A DNA stretch of 64,000 bases from Rhynchopus sp. YZ270_cl-10. Its lineage: Eukaryota. Where the stretch lies: contig OZ037833.1 of NCBI GenBank assembly GCA_964035575.1, positions 496,001 through 560,000 of the forward strand, read 5' to 3'. The notes under the pieces are model-generated. The model was not told the origin of the DNA, ran no database searches, and worked only from the letters and a program-made list of their open reading frames with translations. A program made the position numbers and the translations under genes. Below are positions 1 through 9,351 of the stretch, piece after piece (position 1 is the stretch's first letter; every line of letters starts with the position of its first letter).

Positions 1-498
1 ACAGCCAGCTAGGAACCCGTGCCCAATGGCGGTGACGAAAGGCAAATTTGGTAGGTCCAGTATGGTGTCGCAGTGAGGAAGGGAAGTGTCACGAATGTCA
101 TCCACAATCGACACGCAACTGGAACCAATGCACGTTACTGTACTATACTCGAAGAAGTCATCTGGAATCTCAGTCACAACTTCTGCCTGCAGAAGCAAGG
201 AAGCCACCTTCGGATCGGTCACCTCCTTCAACCTTTCATCTGTGATGTTGGTCTCACCCAGTGCACGAAGTGCTGCTATGGCCTCGTATTTCGTCGTTTT
301 CGTCAGTACTACTTTGTCCCCAGCACTCAGTTCTGTGATGTCCTCCCCTTCCTCCTTCCCTCCGAAGCCCATATGAAAGCTGTCTTCGGCCAACCCCGTT
401 GCTGTCGCCACCTTCCGACGCAGGGCCTCCGTTGTGTCATCCTCACCCACCTCAATCACATGCTCCGTTTCGTCATACCCCTGTATCGTCACATCCAT
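1..498 (-). CDS. Ubiquitin-like domain + BspA-type LRR protein, 5' part (runs off window start); tandem paralog of 2019..3392
   Basis: Near-identical to 2895..3392 at offset 2894; ATG at 498; reads MDVTIQGYDETEH...LDLPNLPFVTAIGHGFLAGC to the edge. Confidence 0.85.
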   Translation of the reverse strand, partial: MDVTIQGYDETEHVIEVGEDDTTEALRRKVATATGLAEDSFHMGFGGKEEGEDITELSAGDKVVLTKTTKYEAIAALRALGETNITDERLKEVTDPKVASLLLQAEVVTEIPDDFFEYSTVTCIGSSCVSIVDDIRDTSLPHCDTILDLPNLPFVTAIGHGFLAGC

Positions 499-675
499 TT
501 TTTGTGTCTTTCTCTGTTTGTGGTGTTGTGGGATCAGGGAAGAAACAGGGAGCCCAACTCCCCCCACGGAATCGCCAACTAGTTGCTCTGTAACTGTACG
601 CAGACATGTGGCACTTTGCTATGAAGTCGTCCACTCCAAATGACTGCTTTCACGCCTGCAATCGTGGGTGTAGTA

Positions 676-1514
676 CTAACACTCACTCTCCGCTGTGACC
701 TGCTTTGATTTGTCACGCGTCTCAAGTACATAGGCCACCGCGTCTGCGATAGACTTCTCTTTGTCCGTGAGGATCTGGTTGTTGATGGATGCGATCTCCG
801 CCTTCTTGCGTTCTTCTTCAATGAGTTGGTCGTACTTCACGGATGCCTCCAAGCCTTCTCTCCCTGCCTCAAGCATGGCAACGCGCTTTTCAACTTCGAG
901 AAGCTTCCTGCGTTCTTCGTTGAGGAGAAGCGTTTGTCTGGTTTCTTCCAATGCTTCAAAGGTTTCGCGTATTTTGTGTGGAATGGTGGGCTTTGTGACA
1001 CGAACTGCGATGACGTTAATCCCGGTGTTGTGTTTGTCACAGAGCGAGGTGGCTAGCATAGCATCAAGCTGCGCGAATTTGTCGATGTACACCTCGTGAA
1101 GCGTGTGGGTGGAACAGAACTGATTCATCGTACGGTGTATTCTATCAGAAATGATCGCAACGGTGTGTGTACATAGTTGTGAAAAGTTGTGAAAAGTTGT
1201 GAAGCGTTGTGCATAGGATTGAAATTTGTGACATTTTGTGAAACTTTGCGAAACTTTGCAAAACGCCGCCCCCCGGATAGCACCAAAATCCATATTTTAT
1301 CGTAACCTACACCATAGTCTTTGACAGTCGTCTCAACGTGAGAGCGTTGTAACATATTCACCACCTCGATATTCTCAATAGTAACCATCACCCCACCACT
1401 CGTCCCACAAGATATATTACGCACCACATCCGTCTGTGTAGCAACCTGCACCATCTCAATCATATCAATCGGGGTCTTCATCGAAAACCCATGGAGGTCT
1501 AGAGTGTGAAGCAA
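676..1514 (-). pseudogene. ERLIN: Erlin-like (SPFH/band-7) gene fragment, interrupted at 1153-1289, lacking the N-terminus and with a short C-terminus
   Basis: ORFs 1125..1514 and 676..1293 give QTDVVRNISCGTSGGVMVTIENIEVVNML...YDKIWI / SDRIHRTMNQFCSTHTLHEVYIDKF...AVRVTKPTIP, matching erlin family motifs; removing 137 nt joins them in frame. Confidence 0.85.
1153..1285. mobile_element. MITE-derived insertion (TGGTG-terminus family), one end intact, inside the erlin fragment
   Basis: Right end ACGCCGCCCCCCGGATAGCACCA is shared with the element at 10146-10271; GTTGTGAAAA subrepeats; flanked by AAAT (1149-1152, 1286-1289). Confidence 0.8.
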
Positions 1515-2018
1515 GCTGCATCTTCAGGGTTTGTAGCCATGTGGCGAAGCTGGAACAGGGATATAGGAAGACGATTGAACAGGTAAGGTCCTGAGACGGA
1601 GCCTACCCCTTTCCTGGACTGGAATGCCGTAAAGTGGTATTTGATGTTCACAACGCCCACAAAGAAATGAAAAATGTGAATGTCCACCTTGCTAGGATAC
1701 TAATGAGAGGATGGGAGGGTGAAAGTGGAGGGAGATATATCAGATTGCTACTATGTGTGACCCCAATCAATGCAAAAGCGAAGAAGAGAAAAGAAGAAAA
1801 AGATCCGCAAGTCGCAAATATGATTGAGTACGAAGCCGTGTGCTCAGTCCTCCTGTGATGCGAAAAGTCCCCGAGGAGTTGTGGAAGAACTAGGAGAAAA
1901 GTTCGTGGCTGACATCATGCATCGTTTCATTATTATTGTGTCACGTACGTGACCCCATCACGTGCTTTCGACAGCCACGTTAAAGGGCATTGGCTCTGCT
2001 GGCTGCGGCACCATCGCC

Positions 2019-3392
2019 TTAGACATCATCTCCCCCGTCAACTTCTTCTATTCCACTGTCGACAACGGTGTGCACGTCGTGCGGAAGTTGTCCAGCCCAA
2101 GTGTCTGTTTGCAAGCCTGTGAGGTGAACAGTCGACAACTTCGTGCAATGTCCTAAGATCAAGCTCCCGATCGAAGTGACTGCTTGCATGCCTGTGAGGT
2201 CAACGGTCGACAACTTCGTGCAATCAGATAAGAAGTGGCTCCCGATCGCAGTTACTGCTTGCAGGCCTGTGAGGTCAACAGTCGACAATGCTGTGCAACC
2301 AGATAGGAAGCTGTCCCCGATCGAAGTGACTGCTTTCATGCCTGTGAGGTCAACGGTCGACAACGTCGTGCAATCGGCTAAGAAGTACTCCCCGATCGAA
2401 GTGACTTCTTGCATGCCTGTGAGGTCAACGTTCGACAACTTCGTGCAATCAGCTAAGAAGAAGTCCCCGATCGAAGTAACTGCTTTCATGCCTGTGAGGT
2501 CAACAGTTGACAACGCCGTGCAACCATTTAGGAAGCAGTTCCCGATCGAAGTGACAGCTTGCATGCCCGTGAGGTCAACAGTCGACAACGACGTGCAAGC
2601 ACCTAGGAAGTAGTCCCCGATGAAGGTGACTGCTTGCATGCCTGTGAGGTCAACAGTTGACAACGACGTGCAATTGCGTAAGAAGTAGTTCCCGATCGAA
2701 CTGACTGCTTGCATGTCTGTGAGGTCAACAGTCGACAACGATGTGCAACCAACTAGGAAGCAGCTCCCGATCGAAGTGACTGCTTTCATGTCTGTGAGGT
2801 CAACGGTCGACAACGACGTGCAATTGCGTAAGAAGTAGTTCCCGATCGACGTGACTGCTTTCATGCCTGTGAGGTCAACAGTCGACAACATTGTACAGTC
2901 AGCTAGGAACCGGTGCCCAATCGCGGTGACGAAAGGCAACTTTGGTAGGTCCAGTTTGGTGTCGCAGTGAGGAAGGGAAGTGTCACGAATGTCATCCACA
3001 ATCGACACGCAACTGGAACCAATGCACGTTACTTCACTTTTCTCAAAGAAGCCATCAGGGATCGCAGTCACAACTTCTGCCTGCAGAAGCAAGGAAGCCA
3101 CCTTCGGATCGGTCACCTCCTTCAACCTTTCATCTGTGATGTTGGTCTCACCCAGTGCACGAAGTGCTGCTATGGCCTCGTATTTCGTCGTTTTCGTCAG
3201 TACTACTTTGTCCCCAGCACTCAGTTCTGTGATGTCCTCCCCTTCCTCCTTCCCTCCGAAGCCCATATGAAAGCTGTCTTCGGCCAACCCCGTTGCTGTC
3301 GCCACCTTCCGACGCAGGGCCTCCGTTGTGTCATCCTCACCCACCTCAATCACATGCTCCGTTTCGTCATACCCCTGTATCGTCACATCCAT
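2019..3392 (-). CDS. Ubiquitin-like N-terminal domain + BspA-type leucine-rich repeat protein (457 aa)
   Basis: N-terminal ~65 aa with a UBL-like pattern; about 11 tandem 25-aa (75-bp) repeats TxLSTVDLTGMxAVTSIGxxFLxxC. Confidence 0.9.
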   Translation of the reverse strand: MDVTIQGYDETEHVIEVGEDDTTEALRRKVATATGLAEDSFHMGFGGKEEGEDITELSAGDKVVLTKTTKYEAIAALRALGETNITDERLKEVTDPKVASLLLQAEVVTAIPDGFFEKSEVTCIGSSCVSIVDDIRDTSLPHCDTKLDLPKLPFVTAIGHRFLADCTMLSTVDLTGMKAVTSIGNYFLRNCTSLSTVDLTDMKAVTSIGSCFLVGCTSLSTVDLTDMQAVSSIGNYFLRNCTSLSTVDLTGMQAVTFIGDYFLGACTSLSTVDLTGMQAVTSIGNCFLNGCTALSTVDLTGMKAVTSIGDFFLADCTKLSNVDLTGMQEVTSIGEYFLADCTTLSTVDLTGMKAVTSIGDSFLSGCTALSTVDLTGLQAVTAIGSHFLSDCTKLSTVDLTGMQAVTSIGSLILGHCTKLSTVHLTGLQTDTWAGQLPHDVHTVVDSGIEEVDGGDDV

Positions 3393-3612
3393 TTTTTGTG
3401 TCTTTCACTGTTTGTGGTGTTGTGGGATCAGGGAAGAAACAGGGAGCCCAACTCCCCCCACGGAATCGCCAACTAGTTGTTCTGTAACCGTACGCAGACA
3501 TGCGGCACTTTGCTATGAAATCGTCCAGGACCAGTGACTGTTTCAGGCATGCAATCAACGCAAAGCGCAGAAGAGAAAAGCAGAAAAAGATCCGCAAGTC
3601 GCAAATATGTTA

Positions 3613-4113
3613 CAGTAAGACAACAAACATCGGTGGGGTAAAAACCCTCCTTAGAGCTTTGATATCCCAAAATCCACCTTAGTTTTTACCCCTCCGGTGT
3701 TTTTACCCCACCTATGTTCCTACCCCACCGGTGTTTATACCAGTGGATATCATACTTTGGGGTATGTAACGGTGGGGTCATTTTGAAAAATTGGCCAAAA
3801 TGTTATCCACTTAAATTTTCACACATTATTGTCCCATAGTCTTATACCCAGGCCAAAAAAAAACGTGAAGCCCACCCCCTCTTTGCGTACATATTGCGTA
3901 CATATTGCGTACTTCGTGATACACCTCGTCGGGAGTACCAAACACGGAAAATATGGAGAAATGAGGTGAGATATTGGGGAAAAGGGTGGGGCTTGCCATC
4001 AAAATTCTCATGTCCAGGGGTAGAAACATCGGTGGGGTAAAAACCCTCCTTAGAATTTTGAAATCCCAAAATCCACCTTAGTTTTTACCCCTCCGGTGTT
4101 TATTATCTTACTA
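3613..4113. mobile_element. Tc1/mariner-like non-autonomous element (CAGTAAGACAACAAACA TIR, TA TSD)
   Basis: TA|CAGTAAGACAACAAACATCGG ... CCGGTGTTTATTATCTTACTA|TA; absent at the paralogous site near 1820 of the tandem duplicate. Confidence 0.8.
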
Positions 4114-4475
4114 TAGAGTACGAAGCCGTGTGCTCAGTCCTCTTGTGATGCGAAAAGTCCCCGAGGAGTTATGGAAGAACTAGGAGAAAAGTTCGTGGCT
4201 GACATCATGTATCGTTTCATTATTATTGTGTACGTACGTGACCCCATCACGCTGCTTTAGACAGCCATGTTAAAAAGGGGGTACAAATATAAAATGGATC
4301 TGTTGTGCAGACACCCTCCCAAAAGAGATTCGGTCATTACTTCAAAAATGGGTGTTAAAAATATCTGAAAAAAGATAAAGCCTTCACTTTTTGAAGAGAA
4401 AAAAATTCTAGATTATCGTTTTTCTTTGAGTTCTACGTTGTGCGAAAGAAGGTGGCGGGGACGTTTTTTTTTTTA

Positions 4476-4580
4476 CAGTAAGACAACAAACACCGGGGGT
4501 AAAAACTTAAGTGGATTTTTGGAATTTAAAAATTCTGAGGAAGGTTTTTTTTTACCCCTCCGATATTTGTTGTCGTACTG
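4476..4580. mobile_element. 105-bp MITE of the same CAGTAAGAC family, TA TSD
   Basis: TA|CAGTAAGACAACAAACACCGG ... CCGATATTTGTTGTCGTACTG|TA. Confidence 0.8.
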
Positions 4581-4951
4581 TATTTATTTTCGCCCCGTGT
4601 TCCTCCCACCCTTTTACTCACCCAACCCCAACCCTTTCTGCTACCAGGAGAAAAACCCTCAGTACCCTCCCGTCCAAAGTGCCGCTCCCTCACCCTCTCC
4701 TCCTTGTTGTAGTTTGATGCGTTGACGCTTCCACACTGACAACAACAAGGGCGAATGACATGACACTTTCCGCTCACAAAGTAGTGTGCGTAAAAACAAT
4801 CAACGCTCTCCATATTCCCCCCTCCCCGGGCCCCTCCCCCATTCATATTTCATCAATTCCTATGAGACTCTTAATAACTTCTCAAAAGATGTTTTTCCAT
4901 CGACAATCACCCCAAGGTAATTACCGTGATCGTAAAAATGTCAGAATGTAC

Positions 4952-6799
4952 TCAAAACGCCCCCTTGATAAGCGGGTGATGCATCAGACGTGTCTGCGCA
5001 GGGTCCAGCTTCGACACCCACACCGTTTCCCCATAGGTCCGCTTCAGGGCGATGATGCAGTCTGCCGCTGCTGTTGCCGCTTGGCGACAGTCACACTGCA
5101 AGGCTTCAAATAGGTAATGCACGAGGTTGCTCACCCAGGAGGACAACGGGCGCTTTCCGCAATGCGCTACAATCTCTGGCACGCACCGCCACACCGTCTT
5201 CCAGTACACCGGGTACGCCACGAAGTGTTTGACGCGAAGGGTGTCAGGGATTGCCTCCAGAAGCGGCAGCAGTGTTGCAGCCGGCACCCCATTGCAGCTC
5301 AGCTCTCTCAAGGCGTACACCGCTGTGTCGGTTGCATACCAAGGGTCCAAATCGGTCCTCGCCTTCCCAGGCCCTCCAGAACACCCCGTATGCATCGTTT
5401 CTCCGAGAACCCTCGCGGTGGAAGGTCCTGGAGCGAGACTGCCGCAGCCGTACATAGGTTTGCCGGTGTGCGCCGCAACGTCATTGTCGTGTTTTTGCTT
5501 TGCCACGCCAAAGGTGGTGACGTTCGAAAGGTCGGTAGAGGACTGTGTAGATTCAGGCTGGGTGTGGATTTTGGCAAGCAACTCTTTCACGTCAATAAGA
5601 ACCTTAGACAGGGTGGCGTCAGAGATGGACGCGAAGTTCGCCAATGCGCTAGCCGCATTGCTGCGAACAGAGGGTATTGCGTCCTCCGCTTGGTACAGAA
5701 ATCGTGCATATCCCCGAGACGTTTCTTCTTCCGATATACTATCAGGAAACCTACGAAGAATATGACTAACACAAAGACACGCTACATCACGGACCGGCCA
5801 AGAAGGATCTTCGCACGCCCCATCTGCAGCGTCAAGCAGCGTTGTGACGTACGGTTTCATCGTCTCCTCCTGCGGCATTTTTTTGAACAGTTCTGCAATA
5901 CAGTTGCACGCCGCCTCGCGAACAGCGTGGTTCTTTTCGACAATTTGGGCACAATAATACGCAACCACCGCTGCGATATGCTTCCCCACCAATATCACCC
6001 CATTCTGCCCAACCAACTCTTTCCAAAAGGCGTGCGTAACACTCCGCACACCTTCCGCAACGTAGTACCGATTCATACAAATCCTCGGTAACAGCAGTGT
6101 GTGCACCTCATCAACGTCATCTCGAAGTTGCGTTCTGCAAAATGCCTGCGCACAGTGTGTCGCCCTATACCGTACCTGAGACCAATTATCCTGCAGACCG
6201 ACCGCCAAAGCGGTTAGTAATACCGTTCGTGTCGTCCCAACTACCTCTAGCTCTTCCCCCTTCAGATTCAGAATGCTTTCTGTCACTCCGCAGGCAGCTT
6301 CGCGGACAAACCTATTTGGGTGAGCGGAAAATTCGCACATCAAAGTGATCAGTTCTTCTGCGATTTCGTTCGTCAAATCCGTGGTCGGTGTGACCACGTA
6401 TTCTGCACCAAGCTGGATAGGCGAGGAAAGGTGTGGGGTAGATGGAGTATCCGCGTCTGGATCGGTCGGAAGGTGCGTAGGGGTGCTTGGGGGGGTGAAT
6501 TGCGCGATGCCGGGAATATGTTTTGGGGTCGTTGCGGGGGAGCTGGGGGACATCCCCGGGATGACGCCACCCACAACGTTGTCCCCTCCCACAATGCACG
6601 CGTAGCACTGCAGCCGTTTCAACGCACGCTCCAAAGGGATCCACCCTTCCGATTGAATGCGAACCGTCTCCCCACCCGGTGCAGTCGCCCCAGCGCAGCC
6701 TACGTCGCGTTCAGAGCAATTCATCACCTCATCAATCAAGTTCCTCCACAACACTCCCCCCTCAGCTTCCCATGCAGGAAGGGGTGAATTTTGATCCAT
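4952..6799 (-). CDS. HEAT/ARM-repeat protein (~615 aa)
   Basis: Long ORF; HEAT-like motifs (LQDNWSQVRYRA, NHAVREAACNCIAEL, CEDPSWPVRDVAC, EDAIPSVRSNAASAL); ATG at 6799 follows low-complexity upstream sequence. Confidence 0.85.
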   Translation of the reverse strand: MDQNSPLPAWEAEGGVLWRNLIDEVMNCSERDVGCAGATAPGGETVRIQSEGWIPLERALKRLQCYACIVGGDNVVGGVIPGMSPSSPATTPKHIPGIAQFTPPSTPTHLPTDPDADTPSTPHLSSPIQLGAEYVVTPTTDLTNEIAEELITLMCEFSAHPNRFVREAACGVTESILNLKGEELEVVGTTRTVLLTALAVGLQDNWSQVRYRATHCAQAFCRTQLRDDVDEVHTLLLPRICMNRYYVAEGVRSVTHAFWKELVGQNGVILVGKHIAAVVAYYCAQIVEKNHAVREAACNCIAELFKKMPQEETMKPYVTTLLDAADGACEDPSWPVRDVACLCVSHILRRFPDSISEEETSRGYARFLYQAEDAIPSVRSNAASALANFASISDATLSKVLIDVKELLAKIHTQPESTQSSTDLSNVTTFGVAKQKHDNDVAAHTGKPMYGCGSLAPGPSTARVLGETMHTGCSGGPGKARTDLDPWYATDTAVYALRELSCNGVPAATLLPLLEAIPDTLRVKHFVAYPVYWKTVWRCVPEIVAHCGKRPLSSWVSNLVHYLFEALQCDCRQAATAAADCIIALKRTYGETVWVSKLDPAQTRLMHHPLIKGAF

Positions 6800-9351
6800 T
6801 TTTTTTTTGAAAATTTCCAACAATTTTTTTGGTCCCTCTTTTTGTGGTTTTGTTTGCAAGAGAGGGAGAGGGAGAGAGATGGAGAAACCCGGTGGTAAAA
6901 ATAAAAAAAAAAATTGGTTCTTGGGAGCCACCCGAGTGGTCGCTCATCAGATCCCACAAAGGTGTAGGTGTAGGTGTTCATCTAGACAGCAGGACGGTGG
7001 ACATGGAAGTCGGCATCCGTGCCGAAAAGCGATCGTATGCTAAATACAGAAGCCTTTCTTTCTTAAAAAAGAGGATTTTGAGAAATGGGAGGGAAGGAGA
7101 GTAGGAGTGGAGGGGTGAAGTACAAAAAAGAAAATTGCAGTATTTGTTTGTTTTTAGTTTTCCATAGAGGTCTCTTTTTTTTTGGGAGCCGAGTTTGTGG
7201 TTTTTTTTTTTAAAATTTTTCTTAGAGTGGGGAGCTGGGATGGGGAGAGGGGGAGAGGACAAGAAAAAGGAGGTGCGTATAAACCACTCATCCCTTTTTA
7301 AGGTTTCCTCTCATATGCTTGCAATGACGTGAACAGAAAAAGGGAAAAAAAAGAAAAGAAAAGAAAAGAGTGGAAAACCTATCCAGACCTTCGTAAGAAG
7401 CTGTAGGGCTTTCTTCTAATTTTTTCCCCCTCTTTTTGAATTTTTTCCATTTTTTTTTTTTTTTGATAAATGGGTTTCCGCCAGGATTTGGGGTTTCCGA
7501 AATTGGGGTGTACCATGAAAACGACCCCCAAAAAATTTTTTTTCTCCCCGAAAAAGCGGTCGTCGCGCGCTTCGCGCGCGCCTCCCTGGCAGACACAGGT
7601 AGAGAGGCGAAGCGTGCGGGGGGGTGCTACAAAAATTTTTTTTGGGAAGGGTTGAAAGGGCAGAAGGGGAAGTGCGAGATACGCTCACTACCGGTTGAGG
7701 TGTCACTTCCACTGGCCGTATCGCCTCGTCAACCGTGGGAGGGGTCTCCTTCTTGACCAAGACAAGTCGGCTCTGCCGCAGCTTTGGCACAACTTTTTGG
7801 GTTTTAGCACCAGGCTTTTTAGCACCAGCTTTGATAGCAACCATGTTAAGCTTCACAGCTGTGTTGTCTGGTAGAGGTGGTTCATTTGGAGGTCGGGGGT
7901 GGAAGCTTAACAAGGTAAGGAGTCTTGTGAGAGGGTGATGGTATTTGCTTTTTTCATTGCATGGCGCTACACAGTGATTACAGTGCTGCCGTTGGAACAT
8001 GTAATAGAAAGTGAATGCACGCATCGCTTGCACCGAAGCCTCCTTTAGTTTAGAATATAGCAACATCAAATAGCCAGCAACACAGCGCCGCAGGCGCACG
8101 GTACGCTACTTTTTTCCTTTTTTTCCTAGATTTTACCCCCCTTTTCTTCCACTTCTTTTGACACAGCGAGCCAAACGCTCTGCACGGTGGGGTCACATGA
8201 CCACGGGGGGTCATCTACAACCTCTAAAACCCCATTTTTCTCGGGGTGTACTTTGGTACACCCCGAATCCCTGTAAAAATCCAAATTTTTCCGGGAAAAA
8301 TATTGGGGTGTACCAAAGTACACCCCGGTACACCTTGGCGGAAACTCTGTAAATTGGTTGGAGTAGTGTAGTTGCCTCGGTAGTGTTGCCACAGTTTTGT
8401 GCAAATCCTCCACTGTCGTTTTTTTTTTTTTGTGTTGGACCAGCAGCCATGCTCCCAATCCATTTTTCGAAAGGTGATACCGCGAGCTTTTGTACGATAC
8501 ACAAAAAAAAAATGACATTTTTGAAAGTGTCTCTCTACAACACATTAAAGAAAAATCAATTGTGTGAGGAGAGAAAATGAAAAAAATGAAAAATTGAAAA
8601 ACGAACAAAAGAAATAATGAAAATGGGGTAAGTGTGTGGGGAAAACAAAATGATCTTGTTTTTGAATTTCTTTTTGTCACTTTTTTTTTTGGTAGAAACA
8701 AGCAGCAGGCTTATCGCTATTCCACTGCCCTCTTCCTGGGGGGTTCGGACCACGTCACGTTCGGCTCAAATGCAAATGGCGAAGGTTTCAGAGGGGTTAC
8801 CAACACTTCCTCAGGGGAAAAAAAAAAATTGCAGCCCGATTTTGACATTTGACCACACACCGACCGCCTCCCCCGATTTAGCGATAAGCCTGTATTGGGT
8901 CTCACCATTGCGTTAGCAAGGCTGATTTTATCTTTTTTTTTGGGTTCATTTTTCCCTCCTCACCCCACCTTTTTTCTTTATTTTTTTATATTTTTTTTCG
9001 TAAAAAAAAGCTGGAAAGCTTTCTGTTGGGTGGGAATCCTTTTGAAAAAAAAAAAAAAAAAATGGAACAACGCGTGCGATTACCACACGGCAATGGGAGT
9101 ATACACCGGTTTTGTGCACCCAGGTACCCAGACCCACGCAGTGTCACATGACCTCAGTGCGAGTGACCCACACATGTGGGAATGTGACACCCTAAAATTT
9201 ACCCTGTCTTCGCGCACCTTCGGTACAACGCCGCAGACAAGCCAAACGGTTCTTTTTGCTTTTGAGGAAATGAGTGAAGTGAGAAAACACGAAAGGGGAG
9301 AGAAGGGTGAGGTAGATGTGATGATGTGGTTATTTTTTTCTTCTTCTTCTT

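Noticed and set aside
2100..2920. 75-bp periodic repeats resembling a CRISPR array
   Set aside because: In-frame LRR coding repeats with no unique spacers and no cas genes; eukaryotic context.
6960..8900. Possible small exons and ORF 7416..8099 (KAGAKKPGAKTQK...)
   Set aside because: Could not assemble a consistent spliced frame or recognise a domain; mixed with repeat fragments.
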